Source of the DNA: Camelus ferus
Taxonomy: Eukaryota
Assembly (NCBI RefSeq): GCF_009834535.1
Contig: NC_045698.1
Coordinates: forward strand, 12,216,001 to 12,280,000
DNA length: 64,000 nucleotides
Reading direction: 5' to 3'
The position numbers were made by a program, and so were the translations under genes. Within the stretch, counting starts at the first letter, position 1. Every line of letters begins with the position of its first letter. The notes under the pieces are model-generated. The model did not search any database and was not told the DNA's origin. It was given only the letters and a program-made list of their open reading frames with translations. Positions 36,810-49,300 of the stretch are shown here, piece by piece.

Positions 36810-37357
36810 CACACCACTCCCCTGCCCTACCAAGATGCCCACAACTAGTTCCCAGGACCTGTGACTACGTGATGTTGCAGGCAAAGGGACTCTGAAGATA
36901 CAGTTAAAGCTGTAAACTCTTGAGACTGGGGATTATCCAGGTGAGTCCAATCGAACTGCATGAATCTTTAAAAGCTGAGAACCTTCTTGGCTGCAGAGAT
37001 AGGCAGGAGGAGGAAGAGATCTGAAGCACAAGAGGGACTCAACCCACAGTTGTTGGCTTTGAACCTAAAGGAAGGGGCCCTCCAGCAGCTGGGAACAGCC
37101 CTCAGGAGACAGCCAGCAAGAAAACGAGGACATCAGTCCTACAGCCCCAGGTAACTGCCCTCTGCCAATACCAGCAAAGAGCAGGAAACAGGTCCTCCCC
37201 TAGAGGCTCCAGAAAGGAACCCTGTCCTGCTTACACCTGGATTTTAGTCTGGTGAGATCCCTTCCAACTGTTCACCTACAAAGCTGCAAGAAAATTCACT
37301 TCTGTTAAGTTGGCACAGTTATGGTAATCTGTTATGCCAGCAAAAGAAAACTAACAC
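36810..37357 (+). mobile_element. MaLR solo LTR (MLT1D/E-like)
   Basis: caagatgccc..ggcaaagggact..ggattatccaggtgagtccaat..acagccagcaagaaaacgaggacatcagtcctacag..aaaactaacaca. Confidence 0.78.
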
Positions 37358-39531
37358 AGCACCTGTGTTATGTATCATTTTTTTCTCTCTTTTAATAATA
37401 GGGACAAGCATCACTCAGAGCCAGGATCAAAGGTGAAAAAGCTGCGCTTCTCTGACAGGTGGTGGTTTTGTCTTGATGGGGCAGTGTCTGACAGCTACTG
37501 GCACCCACTCAAATCACTTCAGCAGTGATAAGATAACCCAGGTGGCTGCTTTATGGAGAATAATACAATTATCCAGGTCCCAAAAGGAAGGTATGTACAG
37601 GTCTAATTAATTAAACTGAGTTGCAAATTGGATGTACAAAAATCCTATGTTTTTCCTGCAGAGGGGAGGAAAAAGACATTCATTCCAGGAAAAAGGACCA
37701 AGATCCTATTCATGGTTTATTGGGCAATTTAGCTGTCAGGTTTAAACATCACTATCCTGAAAAGGGGAGGTGGGGAGCTTTTTAAGCCTCTGTCTTTTAA
37801 ACCCCTTGGATAATTTTTTCCCCCTAATTCACCTACTTTTTCTTGACTATTAAATGTGTAACAAGAACTTGCATCTAAAGACAGAAGAGTATAAGTTCTG
37901 AAATATTCACCTATAAGAGCCACGTACCAATGGAGAAATTTTAAATCTAGCTTCACCTTTATCATCAACTAGGTTCTTTCTAATACACATGGAATTTGTT
38001 TTACTATTATTATCGGAGAACTACCAGGTGCCTGGCACTGTCCTTGGCTCAGGGAAGACAAACTGAGCAAGGAAACTGCTGTGTGCACAAAGTTCCATGG
38101 TGGTGCCAAATACTTGATACCAAAGGCACAGGCACGGTACATGGTTACCTGGACACCTGCGTCATGGGGGTCCCACGGGAAGGAGGAGACACAAGTCACC
38201 TTCGAGGAGATTTTTGAGATGGGAACAGAGAAGTAAGTGCACGTTAATTCTGTGGCCCAGGCACAAGTAGACTAGATGGCCACTTTCACATCAGCACGTG
38301 TGACCGCTACCTTTTCTGAGAATCATACAGAAAACACTGTCATTGAAGCACTGAGTGTGAAGCAAGCTCCGCCAGTCAGAGGACTAGAACGGGACGAATT
38401 TCCCAAGACGAGGCTGCCTGAAAACATCTGGCAAATACCAGGTCAATCCAGCCAAAATGACGCTTTCACAATATAAAAAGAAAGCATATAAGTGTACCTT
38501 TTTTTTTTTTTTTTTAAAGCTGGGGAGAATGTAGCATTAAACCCAGAAATACCTAATTCCTCCTCTTTCCCCATCCTCCTTGTCTGGTCTAAGGGCAGGT
38601 AAATTAGAAGAACCTCAGTACTAAGAGTGCCTTGAGTCTCACCTGCTAGCTCTACCACAAAAAGGCTGATACAATTATTCATCTTAGTTACAAGCATATT
38701 GGCCAAATTAAATGTTAACTGCTAAGGAATAGAAATTACTAAAAGATCAAGGGTTTTTCCAACATCAAAATTTGGAGTTTTTAAAAAAACCTGAATGTAA
38801 ACTTGACAATAAAAACAAACATGTGTAAGCAGCTGCCCAGTTTTCTATAAAGATCTGCAAACAGGCAGATGAAAAGATAAAATCTGCAGATCATTTTTTG
38901 ACCAGTAATTTAAGTACTTTAATGTCAAAAAGTGATTATTATAGAAGTGATTTTTGAAGATCACTTTCATAACATAGGTACCGTCACACTTCATGGAAGT
39001 GGAGAGAAAATGTGTGGCTGCCTCGGCGGGACAGGGCTCCCATCAAAACAGCAACCCCACAAATGAGGTGGGCTCTCCTGATTCCAGATAGCCCCTTAGA
39101 TGGGCTCCAGAACCAGAAAAAAAGGGAAAACTCATGAAAGGAGAAAAATCAAGAAAGCAAAAATAGCTTAAACTCAGGTCTGCCTACTTGCAAATCCACA
39201 TTCCCCATGTCACCCCCAGCCCTTAATTGAGGAAGTCAAACCATTCCGCGTGATTTCTTCATGTAACAGAACACTTATGAACAGGATGCACTTACACAAA
39301 GAAAGAGGCCAAATCACGCATCGACAGAAAGTCGTCCCCCACTAATAAAGTCAAGGCAGTAAGCACAAGAATGATTTATGGAGCCACGTCTCTAATTTAA
39401 CGGAACACCTGAAAATGTAGCTTTCCTCAGATTCACCAGAGGTTGTCAAGAGGAAATCCTCTCTGAAAACACAAATACACCTTCATTCAAACCAGAGGGA
39501 TTTTTTTTAAGGGAGTTAAAGGGGAACTTAC

Positions 39532-39690
39532 GTAGATCTGATTTCTCCTGTATCGCTGGTACAAGTTGTGCATGATGGCGCCCCCGTGGAGCTCGGTCAA
39601 GGTGGCCATGTCATCCACACCCTCCTCATCCATGGGGTGCATGGCTGTCACCTTCTGGTGTGTGATTGTGCTCTGCTTGTAAGTGAACAC
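39532..39690 (-). CDS. MYO10: MYO10 exon 3 (159 nt) VFTYKQSTITHQKVTAMHPMDEEGVDDMATLTELHGGAIMHNLYQRYRRNQIY
   Basis: Acceptor CAG|GTG, donor TAC|GTAAGT; phase 0/0; N-terminal myosin head sequence. Confidence 0.97.
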
Positions 39691-42169
39691 CTGATTGGGG
39701 TGGGGAGGGGAATGAATTCAACTGTTTAGTTATCAGCAAGGAACAGTTTCCACAGACGTTTCCCCAACTTATAATACAATCCCAGTATAATTTCAGTAAC
39801 AGGATCCTGAATCCGTCAGTAAAACACAGACTGCAGAGAACTCTATTACTTCCTTCCTGCCACCTACCTATTTTTAAATTATTCTGACAGCTGCTATTAG
39901 ATATTCCTAAATGGCAAGTTCAAGTACTAACCATCCTTTGGGAATTGCAGAAATTATACATTTACAGTTCATGTCTCTCCCACTGATCTGAAGCAGTAAC
40001 AATTAAGAGACTGGCTCTCCAAGCTTTCAGAAAGTAATCTGATTTCACTCCATAATGTTTCACATAGGATTGTATGATGTATTTCAAAGCTTCCTAACAA
40101 AGCTCTTCATTCTAGTAAGTGTTACATAAATTCACCATATAGTCTGTATATTTTCTCAGAGATGGGAACACATCTTCTCAGGAATGCCTGAAAAATATCC
40201 TTGGACACGATCCCTCCTCAGTCGTGAATATACAGCATTCACGTGATTGTTAAGCAAGACATATCCTCTCAGATTTAAAATACAATCAGTTTGTCAGCCT
40301 GACAGCCTGTCTTCCTTATAATTTATCCCAACACCAGTGACAGCCCTGCATGCATGCTGTAGCATGTATAGCACACAACTCTCGTATTATTGTAAGACTG
40401 GTTACTGAACTCGCGTGTATTTCTAAAATCTACCCAGAGCTCTTTTATCACCACCGATTGGGTAGAGGATTAACCACATCAGCACCATCTGTTGGCCAGT
40501 TTGACCAGCTCTACAAAACTGTGCATGACACTATCAGTCAATTATGGAAGCTATTCCATATTTCTTCATGGTACACTTTTGCTATAGTCACCCTTAAAAC
40601 AGATTAAAAACACCAAGATGTAAAAGCAAGATGTAAACAACACGAAAGATGTCCAGTCTTCACAAGCACATATATTCGCATGTGCACACACACCCAAAAC
40701 AACTTTCTGGAAGAGTGTTTGCAGACTGGGGAACTCTATTTTTAAACAGTGACCGGTTGCCTACATGGCAGCAAATGGTATGTTATTGCAAAAGGGAATG
40801 ACACACTAAGAAAAGCAAAAGTACCAATCCAATGGTTTCCATAAGCCATGAAAAGTGGCACGTTTTATTTTTCTGGAGACAAAATGAAAACTTCCGCAGG
40901 GGCATCTCTGCCACAGGAACCACAAGAGTTGGTCAAAACCAGTACTGAGAAACTGCTTGAGGCCAGGGCAGACACCAACCCTCTCTTGTGAGGTCCAGCC
41001 AGTTTCCCCAGCTGCTTCCTGGGCCCAGACATCCACCGGGAGATGTGGCAGCCCCAGCAGCCCCACCTCATGGCGAGGTGGCTACCCAGCCACGTAAGCA
41101 CCCCACAGGGCAGGACAGGCTGGGGGCGGCTGAGGGAATGCAAGGTGGGGCCAATCCAGGCAGGTGTTCCAGAAACACAACTGAGCAGGGTACTTGCGTC
41201 TTCCATCTACAGCCACTGTGAGGCTGGGGCCGGAGCAGAACCCATCCCACCTGGCCGCACTCTGGCCAGCACAGGGGTGCACATGGTGTTGTGTCCCCCT
41301 CTGTCCCCAGCACACCCAGAGGGTCTCCTCAATCCACCTGCTCAGTACTCCTGCCAACACGAGGGCAGGGTGGTCACATGGGTTCCCCTGGAAATACTCT
41401 GGTAGGAAAGTCAGCGCAACGGTCTCTTGTTTAAGCCCCTGAAGACCCACCAACAGCAAGTCCTTCCCAACGTGAACATTTTTTCTACTTTTTGTAGAAA
41501 TATTGTCTGAGTATACTGAGAATTCCAGAATTTGAGAACAGATTTAATTTAGAAGATTAAAACTGCTGTTTGCATTTATACTGAATCTTATTTTTTCCTG
41601 GAAATGACCCTACACACCCTACAAAACTTAGACACTAAAAGATATACGTATAATGAATATTACATCGTATGTAAACATTTCCTTGTCTTTTTTAGTGCCC
41701 TTGAAACAGCTAGACAATGTGTGAGCCTAAGTAAACAGCTCAGAGCTGGACTCATGAACACTGAAAAAAACGGCTATAAACTGTGAATTGAGTTCCCCAC
41801 ATTTGTACATTCGACCTCTCTGTATGTTTTCAGGTGCACACTGTGTGTCAGAGGTGGGCACGTGGCCATATTCCAGGAGTAGGAAAATCAAGAGAACTAG
41901 AACTCTTCCTTCTCAAGAGCTCAGAGAGACAGAATCATGATGGAAGAGTTACATAAACAAAACAAGAGGCTGTGAACAGGACAGAGAGATACATTATGCC
42001 AAGACAGAGGACTGGAGCTGCTCAAAGCAATGATTATCTCAAAGTGAGAGAACAGAGAAAATGTGTTTATGAAAGAAAGGCAGGGAGAGCCATCCATCAG
42101 AAATGGGTTAATATCTGTAAAGATTTTAGAGTGGTGCCTGGCACAGTGATACCTGATAAATTGATGATG

Positions 42170-42400
42170 AAAATCCATCCATTCAAGCAAATATTTACTA
42201 TTGTGTTCTAAGCACTGGGAATATAGCTTACATTCTAATACCGGGAAGGAAAAAACACAAATATACAATATCATGCAGATGGTGATGAATGTCCGTGAAG
42301 ACATAAATGCAGTAAGTACCAAGAGGGGTTACTTTATACTAAGTGTTCAAGGACAGCCTCACTGAAAAGGTTAACATCAAAGTAGAAGCCTCAAGGAAGT
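42170..42400 (-). mobile_element. LINE-2 3' fragment
   Basis: ccattcaagcaaatatttact..tgttctaagcactgggaata typical of an L2 3' end. Confidence 0.5.
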
Positions 42401-43309
42401 AAGGAATGGAACCAGCCCCCTGCATTGTGTGTTAAAGCATACTGGTTAAATAAACACCTAACCTGGAAATATCTCAGAGGCTCAATCATTCCGCAATCAT
42501 ATTTAAGATTTTTTACGGCAAGCCCCCTTGGATGATCAGAAGTCATTTCTATGCAACAATGAACAGGATTAATATAGTTGCACAAAACTATCCCCAAACA
42601 GCAAAAAAGAAAATTCTAGGTTTAAAGAATGGAATTCATTTTACAGGAATTTGGGGGGAACAGACAACAGCCAAAAGACTAACAAACTGAATTCCTCAAA
42701 AACCCAACTCAAAATAAACTGGGTTACTTCAGTGGGGCATGTGCTCAAAGACAGGTGGTAAGGTTAAGAAATGGAGCAAAATATAGAAGATTAATAGACA
42801 GGAAATCAGTTTAGAGAAAGCGGGGCCTCAGAACAAACAGCTCCTGTTAGAGAAATACAAGCCACCGGTCACAAGATGGACTGGATTAAGTGTGGGAGCG
42901 GAACAAAGGAAACCAATCAACACCATTAAAGAAACAGCTCAGAGGAGGCTTGCCTGACCCTGGGTCCACTTCTGTAAGAAAAAAGGAGAAGTCCTGAAGA
43001 CAATTAATTAGATAAAAAACAGCTGGGCCATTACCAATCCCCTTTTATCTTCATCTGATGATAGCACGGCTACTGCAGGAAGCCACCGTCACACTTACGT
43101 GAGTGTCTGCAGTGCAGAGTGACAGACACACAGATTCCCCTTAGGAAAACGGGACATTTGTTAGGAACCCATAAAAATCTAACTTTTCTGATTGAAGAGA
43201 AAGAAAGAAAGAAAATAAAAAACTATCATATCCTCTCTTGATGGACAGATGAGACAGAAGGTGTTCTCAGCGTGGGCAACTTCATCTCATACAAGCCTGG
43301 AATTTCTTC

Positions 43310-43501
43310 CAGAAGTTCTCAATTTTGCCCCCCAGGGTACAGTTAGCAAGGGTTGTAAACATTTTTGGTTGTCACGACTGTAGGGGAGGGGGAAGTGTGC
43401 CACTGACATCAAGTCAGCAAAAGCCAAGAATGCTGCCATTCTTGAAGGCCAAAGAATTATCCAGGCCAAACGTGAGGCGTGCCAAGGTTGGGATACCCCG
43501 G
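43310..43501 (+). mobile_element. MER20 (hAT-Charlie MITE)
   Basis: gttctcaattttgccccccaggg..catttttggttgtcacgactg..aaagaattatccaggccaaa..gccaaggttg. Confidence 0.8.
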
Positions 43502-44117
43502 TCTAGAAATGCCCTGACTGGCGTGCCATCCAACCAAAGGCCTAGGCAGATGCTAGAAAAAAAATGATGACAGTCAGCCAATGCCTATAAGCAAAACCTT
43601 TTCATGAAACAAAGACAAGTCTTTCAGAAATAATTTAAAATTAAAAATATTGACTAGAGGTTAATCAAAGGTCAGCATGACAATGTTAGGAAGTTTAGTT
43701 TCTGATTCTTATTTGACCCAAGTTAGGAAGGGCGATGGTGACGGGGATAATGAAGATGATGATGACCAGGCGATGGGGTTGGCTAATGCTTGTTACTGTT
43801 TCCTGATCGCACTGTATTATGGTCAAACATGGTCCATGCTATTCCCACTCTGTCTCCCTGGCCAGGCTTCCTGTACCCACTGTTTCATGTCTGGGCCACT
43901 GACACCCCACTGCTCCCCTCCTTGATGTCTCAGCCCCAATGTCACCCTCTCAGGAGGCACCAGTGGTCTTGTCTAAAGGACACCTCGCTGCCTTCCTCCT
44001 AAGTCTATCACATGGGCTGTCTTCATAGCTCCTTAGGACAGGTTTGTAATCACGTATCTATTACCTTCCTTATTTAAAAACCATCTCACCCCTAACACTG
44101 GAACTTCTGGGCAATAC

Positions 44118-44326
44118 ATTTCAACTCTTTGGACCACAACCTGCAGTGAGAAATGTGTTTTACACTGTAAACTACTAGACATACAGTTTCCTGAGAGTTT
44201 CCTAAAACACTTAGCACAATGTTCGGTGCATCCCAATATTTTCTACTTAGGTGCCAACTGTGGCCCTCTAAACTGACTTCACACCTCACTCCTGTGGGCT
44301 GCAAAAACCACAGTTTGAGAACACTA
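44118..44326. mobile_element. hAT-Charlie MITE-like fragment
   Basis: cagtgagaaatgtgttttacac..ctaaactgacttcac..cacagtttgagaacact terminal motif. Confidence 0.45.
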
Positions 44327-44469
44327 TCAGGGCAGCAAGCATGCCTATCTGGATCCTCAGTGCCCAGCCTTGACCCACTATTCAGACTCAAATACTGAAC
44401 TGATGGTCCTGGCCTTCAAAATGGGAGCAGCCTACAAGGAGAGGCAGAGCCAGGGGTCATGATCAAAAC

Positions 44470-44695
44470 ATGGCCTTAGGGTCAGATCCGGCTGGACTCA
44501 CTTCTCCTAGATCTATGCTTTCATAGCGCAGGGACAATGAACAAGACACTTAACTTCCCTGGCCCATTACTTTTCTAGTGATAAAATAAGAATGATGCTG
44601 TAACACCTAACTCATAGAATGACTGTGAAAACTGAAGAAAATCATGTAGGTACGAGTCATGGCAATTGACACCAGTGAGGGCTCAATATAAGCAA
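44470..44695 (+). mobile_element. MIR SINE
   Basis: aacaagacacttaacttccctgg..taaaataagaatgatg..cctaactcataga. Confidence 0.55.
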
Positions 44696-47509
44696 TTCCG
44701 ACGAGGGGTTCATAATGCCAACATCGTGGAACATTCTTGAAGGAAAGAATCAAGAGTCTTAGAGATGGAGGAGCCCCCACTCCTTAGATAAGGCCTGTAC
44801 ACCAGCTGTGCAGGAGGAGAAGGAGCCAAGAGGGAGGGGTGGCTCATTCAGGTCTACGTTTTTTTTACGATGATCCTGACCAGTGTGGTATTCAATGAAA
44901 AACTACTTGATACAACACTTTCTTCTATTTTAATCCCTCTGCACAAAGCTGGCTGGGCTAGTTTAGATTTTCCCTGGAATTCTACATGGTTGGGGGGGGG
45001 ATGCCTCTCTTTAATTTACTTTCCATCTTTTGTTTACTGGCTCTTGAATTAAAGCATGACCAACGAGAGAGGTTAAGACTTTTGCCTCCTGACCTGTGGC
45101 TAAAATGATCACGTAAACCAAGCTCCAGCTTCCTCACATTAAGGTTCACGGACTCCAACTCTCAATGCCTATAATCTTAGTCATAGAAGGAAACCAGCCA
45201 CTTAACTGAAATTCTGCCTCAGCCTGTTTTGCCACTGCCCCAGGAGGCTGGAGAAAGTATGTGGGATACAGAAATGCAAAGCCCGCTTGGAAGTTCCACT
45301 GGAATCTAATCAAAAGCAAAATGATCCACGTCTCCTCTCCCAGGGTGCAGGGGAAAAATGCAACGGTGCTTTGCTTTCAGCTTCAATTCGTCAGAGTAAG
45401 TACATCTTAATTACATGGCACCGGGGGTTTAAAATGACCTCTCTGTAAATAAATATTCTGTTACTTGAACCTCCCTCCTTGAGTTTGTGAGATAACTGAC
45501 TTCTAAGTACAGATGAAACAAAGATTATTTTCTTTTAACTCAAACGAGTTGTGAGATTAAGTCATTTCAACGGTCAGCGGGTTTTCAATGCCCATGGCAT
45601 TTGGGGGCAAAACCAAAATAACCAAGAGGGGCGGGCAGAGGGCACTGGTACTTACTGAGTGCTGACTGCATGCATCAGGCACATCTGATCCTCAGAAAGG
45701 GAGGAAACACTGCTGCTCATTTTTTAAAGAATGAATTTAAAAAAATTCAGAGGAGTTAGGAAACCAACCCAACAGCACACAGCACAGCTAGCATTCAAAT
45801 TGAGATCATGGAAAAGGTGCCTCCCACCTTAGCAGGACTCTAGTTCAGAGGTGGCCTTTTGAATTCCAGCTCCACCAGCCCCTGGCTCACTCAGAGGAGT
45901 AAAAGGTTAAGAACCCCTACCCTGCAAAGGAGAGCAGGGGCGGAGGCAGGTGGGGGAAGCACACGGTGCACTGCCTTCCCAGCGTGCTCAGTTTAATCTC
46001 TCTCTTATTCCATGATTTTTCATTTACTGACTCTCTCCAGTTCCCTGGGTCATTCGTGCCAGGCTGTGAGCTGGGCCCCAGGAATACACCGATGAATTAA
46101 GCCTCCTCCCCCCACCACCACTTCAAAGAGCTTACTGACCACTGAGGGATCAGAAAAATAAACAGGCAATCCTAATCATATGGTGGGGGTTGAAATGAGG
46201 AAAGCCCCAGGGTGTGATGGGAACTACGAGGGATGGACCACGGCCAGGGAAGAGCAGATATAAAGTCGGGATGCAGCACAGGGCATCCGCTCAGTGGAAG
46301 GTGGCTAGGCAGGGTGTGGGAGGCTCTGCGTCCTGCAGGGCACTTGGCCTCTGACCTAAGCACGAGGACCACGGAAGCAGCCAAGTGGCGGAGGGAGACA
46401 CTTCTACCTATTGATCATCACAGACAAGTCAGTATCAAACACGACACCAAGACTGTTTCTCATGAGATGAGACAACAAAGAAGAAATCTCACTACAAAAT
46501 GCAATTCAATGAGACCAGCTTTCTAGAAACTTCACAGGAAAGCAATGTCTGAATCACGGCTAGGAGTGATCACTACAAACATTGTCCCCCAGATGGAGGG
46601 TGTTTTCCGCTCTCAGGTGCACAGATAACATCGCCAAAAGCATCAATGATGATACGAACAACCCAGCAAGGACAGCAGTCTCCGACAGTCACTAAATCTT
46701 AACCACTGAGTCCAGATCTTTTCTGAAGACACTGCAGAGCGTACAGGCAGAAGGATTAAAAGGCCAAGGAGCCTGAAACACCCAAGCCTGAAACACTGAA
46801 GCTAATCTGTGGACATACATCTGCCCACGGACTTAGAGCCCGGCCACACAACCAGCAAAGCTAAGCCGGCAGTGCTAAATGCAACTCAGTCACTTGTACC
46901 CGCAACTGCCCGTCAACCAAGAAGGCCCGGAGGATACAGTGGCCCTGCCCTCTCCCCCTAGTGAACCTCAGAGACAAAAGGTAACAGTCACAGTGAGCTG
47001 GCACAGTTGGAAGGAATGGCTAACACACACACACACACACAGGAACATACTAGAGTATTGGCATATTAAGGAAAGTAAGATCTCAAATCAGAATTTATGT
47101 GCAACATTAGGAATTGTGATTTTAGAGAATTATGTGCTGATTTCTTTTAAATGCTATATATTACTTTTCTATCTGTAAGAGAAAATTTTAGGAAAATCTG
47201 CTGTGCAAAGAAAATCATACGTGTTGCTCCACCTGTGCTCAAATACATCTTCTAAAGCTTTCTCGTTGTTCACAGCACTACACGGGCCAACTCCACCCAG
47301 AAAAGGACCATGTTCATGCTTAAGGCAGTCTTTCCACATGGAAGAACTCAGTGTTAAGAAAATGATGACTATATACTAATGTTTTCTCACTATAGAGTTA
47401 TACTAAGGTAAATTTATGATGAAATTATACTCTGCACACACACAATATAATCCTAGGTTTATTTTTTTTAATACACACAAGTGCAAGCACACAGATACAC
47501 ACATATGCC

Positions 47510-47970
47510 CGCACACCAGCAACTGTACCTTGGGCATTTGTTCTAAATAAACAAAAATTTACATTTGCACAAAAACTTGCACATGTACGTTCACAGTAGC
47601 TTTATTTGTAATAGGCAAAAGCTGAAAGAGTCAATCCCAGGTTACATGCTGTATGATTCCATTTATACAGTATTCTTGAAATGACCCAATTATAGCAAAT
47701 GAAGGCCAGATTGGTGTTGCTGGAGGCTGGGGTGGGGAGGGGACAGTTAAGGTGTGTGGCTTTAAAAGGGCATCACACTGGATCCTTGTGCAGACGGGAA
47801 GGTCCTGTGTCTCCATTCCATCTGTGTGATATCCTGGTTGGGATACTGTGGTCCAGTTTTGCAAGATGTTATCATCGAGGGAAACCAGGTAAAGGGTATG
47901 TGGGGTCTTTCTGTTACAAATGCATATGGATCAACAATGATCTTAAAACAAAAAGCTTAATTAAAAAAAG
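47510..47970 (+). mobile_element. Old LINE-1 (L1MC-like) 3' region
   Basis: cacaaaaacttgcacatg..caatcccaggttacatgctgtatgattccatttata..gttttgcaagatgtt. Confidence 0.7.
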
Positions 47971-49119
47971 AGCTTTAAAATACATGTATGCAAAAAGCCT
48001 TGAAGAGAATGTATCAGAACTCCAATAATGTGGTCATTTTTTTAAAATACTTTACTATGACTCCTCTGTTTTCTAAAAATTTTAAATATTTCTAGGCTTA
48101 AAGAGAAATCAGTCCAATCAAGGTCACTATCAATGAACATATCTGGATACACATAATTCAATTAATCTTTTAAAAATGAGTATTGTGGAACTGCTTTCGA
48201 AAAATGAAACAAAATGAAATATTAAAGCTCCCCCAAGAGTCACCAGCTATTAGAAACAGAAAGGGCTTCTCTAACCCACTGGTGTTAAGCATAGTCAATT
48301 TCAGCCCAGAGACACCCTAAGAAGCAAGATACCGGGATGGGGAGAAAGCCCAGAAGCCCCAGTTCCTGGCCCCACGCTCCTGAGAGAAATGGTCCACGGG
48401 TTCTTGCTTCTGAGGGTCCTCGTTCTAATTTAAGAGCCCCTTTCCAATTCCTCTTTTCCCAGTTACGAGCCCAGACCCTCATAGCATGAACTTAAACTCT
48501 GCCATTACAAATCTCCATTCCTATAAATCAGAACCACCCTGATATTTCAAAAGCATCTCAAAACAAACAAAAAAAAAAACCCCAGAACAAAAACAGGCCT
48601 CCTCCACATCTTGTCCTCACCCAGTGCCCATTTCCCCAACCTTTACTCAGGTATGACACCTTCATTACCAGCTCGCCAAGCGAGAAACCAAAGTCAACCT
48701 AACATTCCCCCTTCTGCCGGCCACCACGCCCACCTTCCAAGTTCCTGCACTGAAGTGACCGACACCACCTCGAACCCATCTTCTGTCTACTTCCTTCTCC
48801 CGCCTTGGCTGTCACTCACCACTCACATCTGGACCCGACAACTGCTTCCTCACTAGTTTCTCTGCCTCCAGGGTCCCATGGCATGAATCCAATGGTTCTC
48901 AAATCAGAGGCCAAGAAACAATTTGAGTTTTAATTTTATATGATGAAAAAAAGCTTTTTTTTTTTTAAAACTAGTTTTAATGACAAATTTTCCTGGCCTT
49001 GGACAACTTAGAATTGAAAGAAACTTTCAGAGATGAAACTTTGGCTTCTTTGTTTGATGTTTCCCCAACTGGAGATTGATTAAGGTCTTGAAGGGGACGC
49101 CACTCAAGTCTGCCTAGCA

Positions 49120-49300
49120 CAGACTCAGATGGATCTGAACCATCTGGCCGAGTCATCTCAACCTGGGCCAGTTACTCTGCTTTCTAACCCTCAGTTTCAT
49201 CATCTACAAAACTGGGATGATACTAATAGAGGAAGGAGAAAGATAACACACAGTTCTTGGTACTGAGTAAGCCAACTCCAGTATTTCCATTGTTAGTTGA
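49120..49300 (+). mobile_element. MIR SINE
   Basis: cctcagtttcatcatctacaaaactgggatgatactaata. Confidence 0.6.
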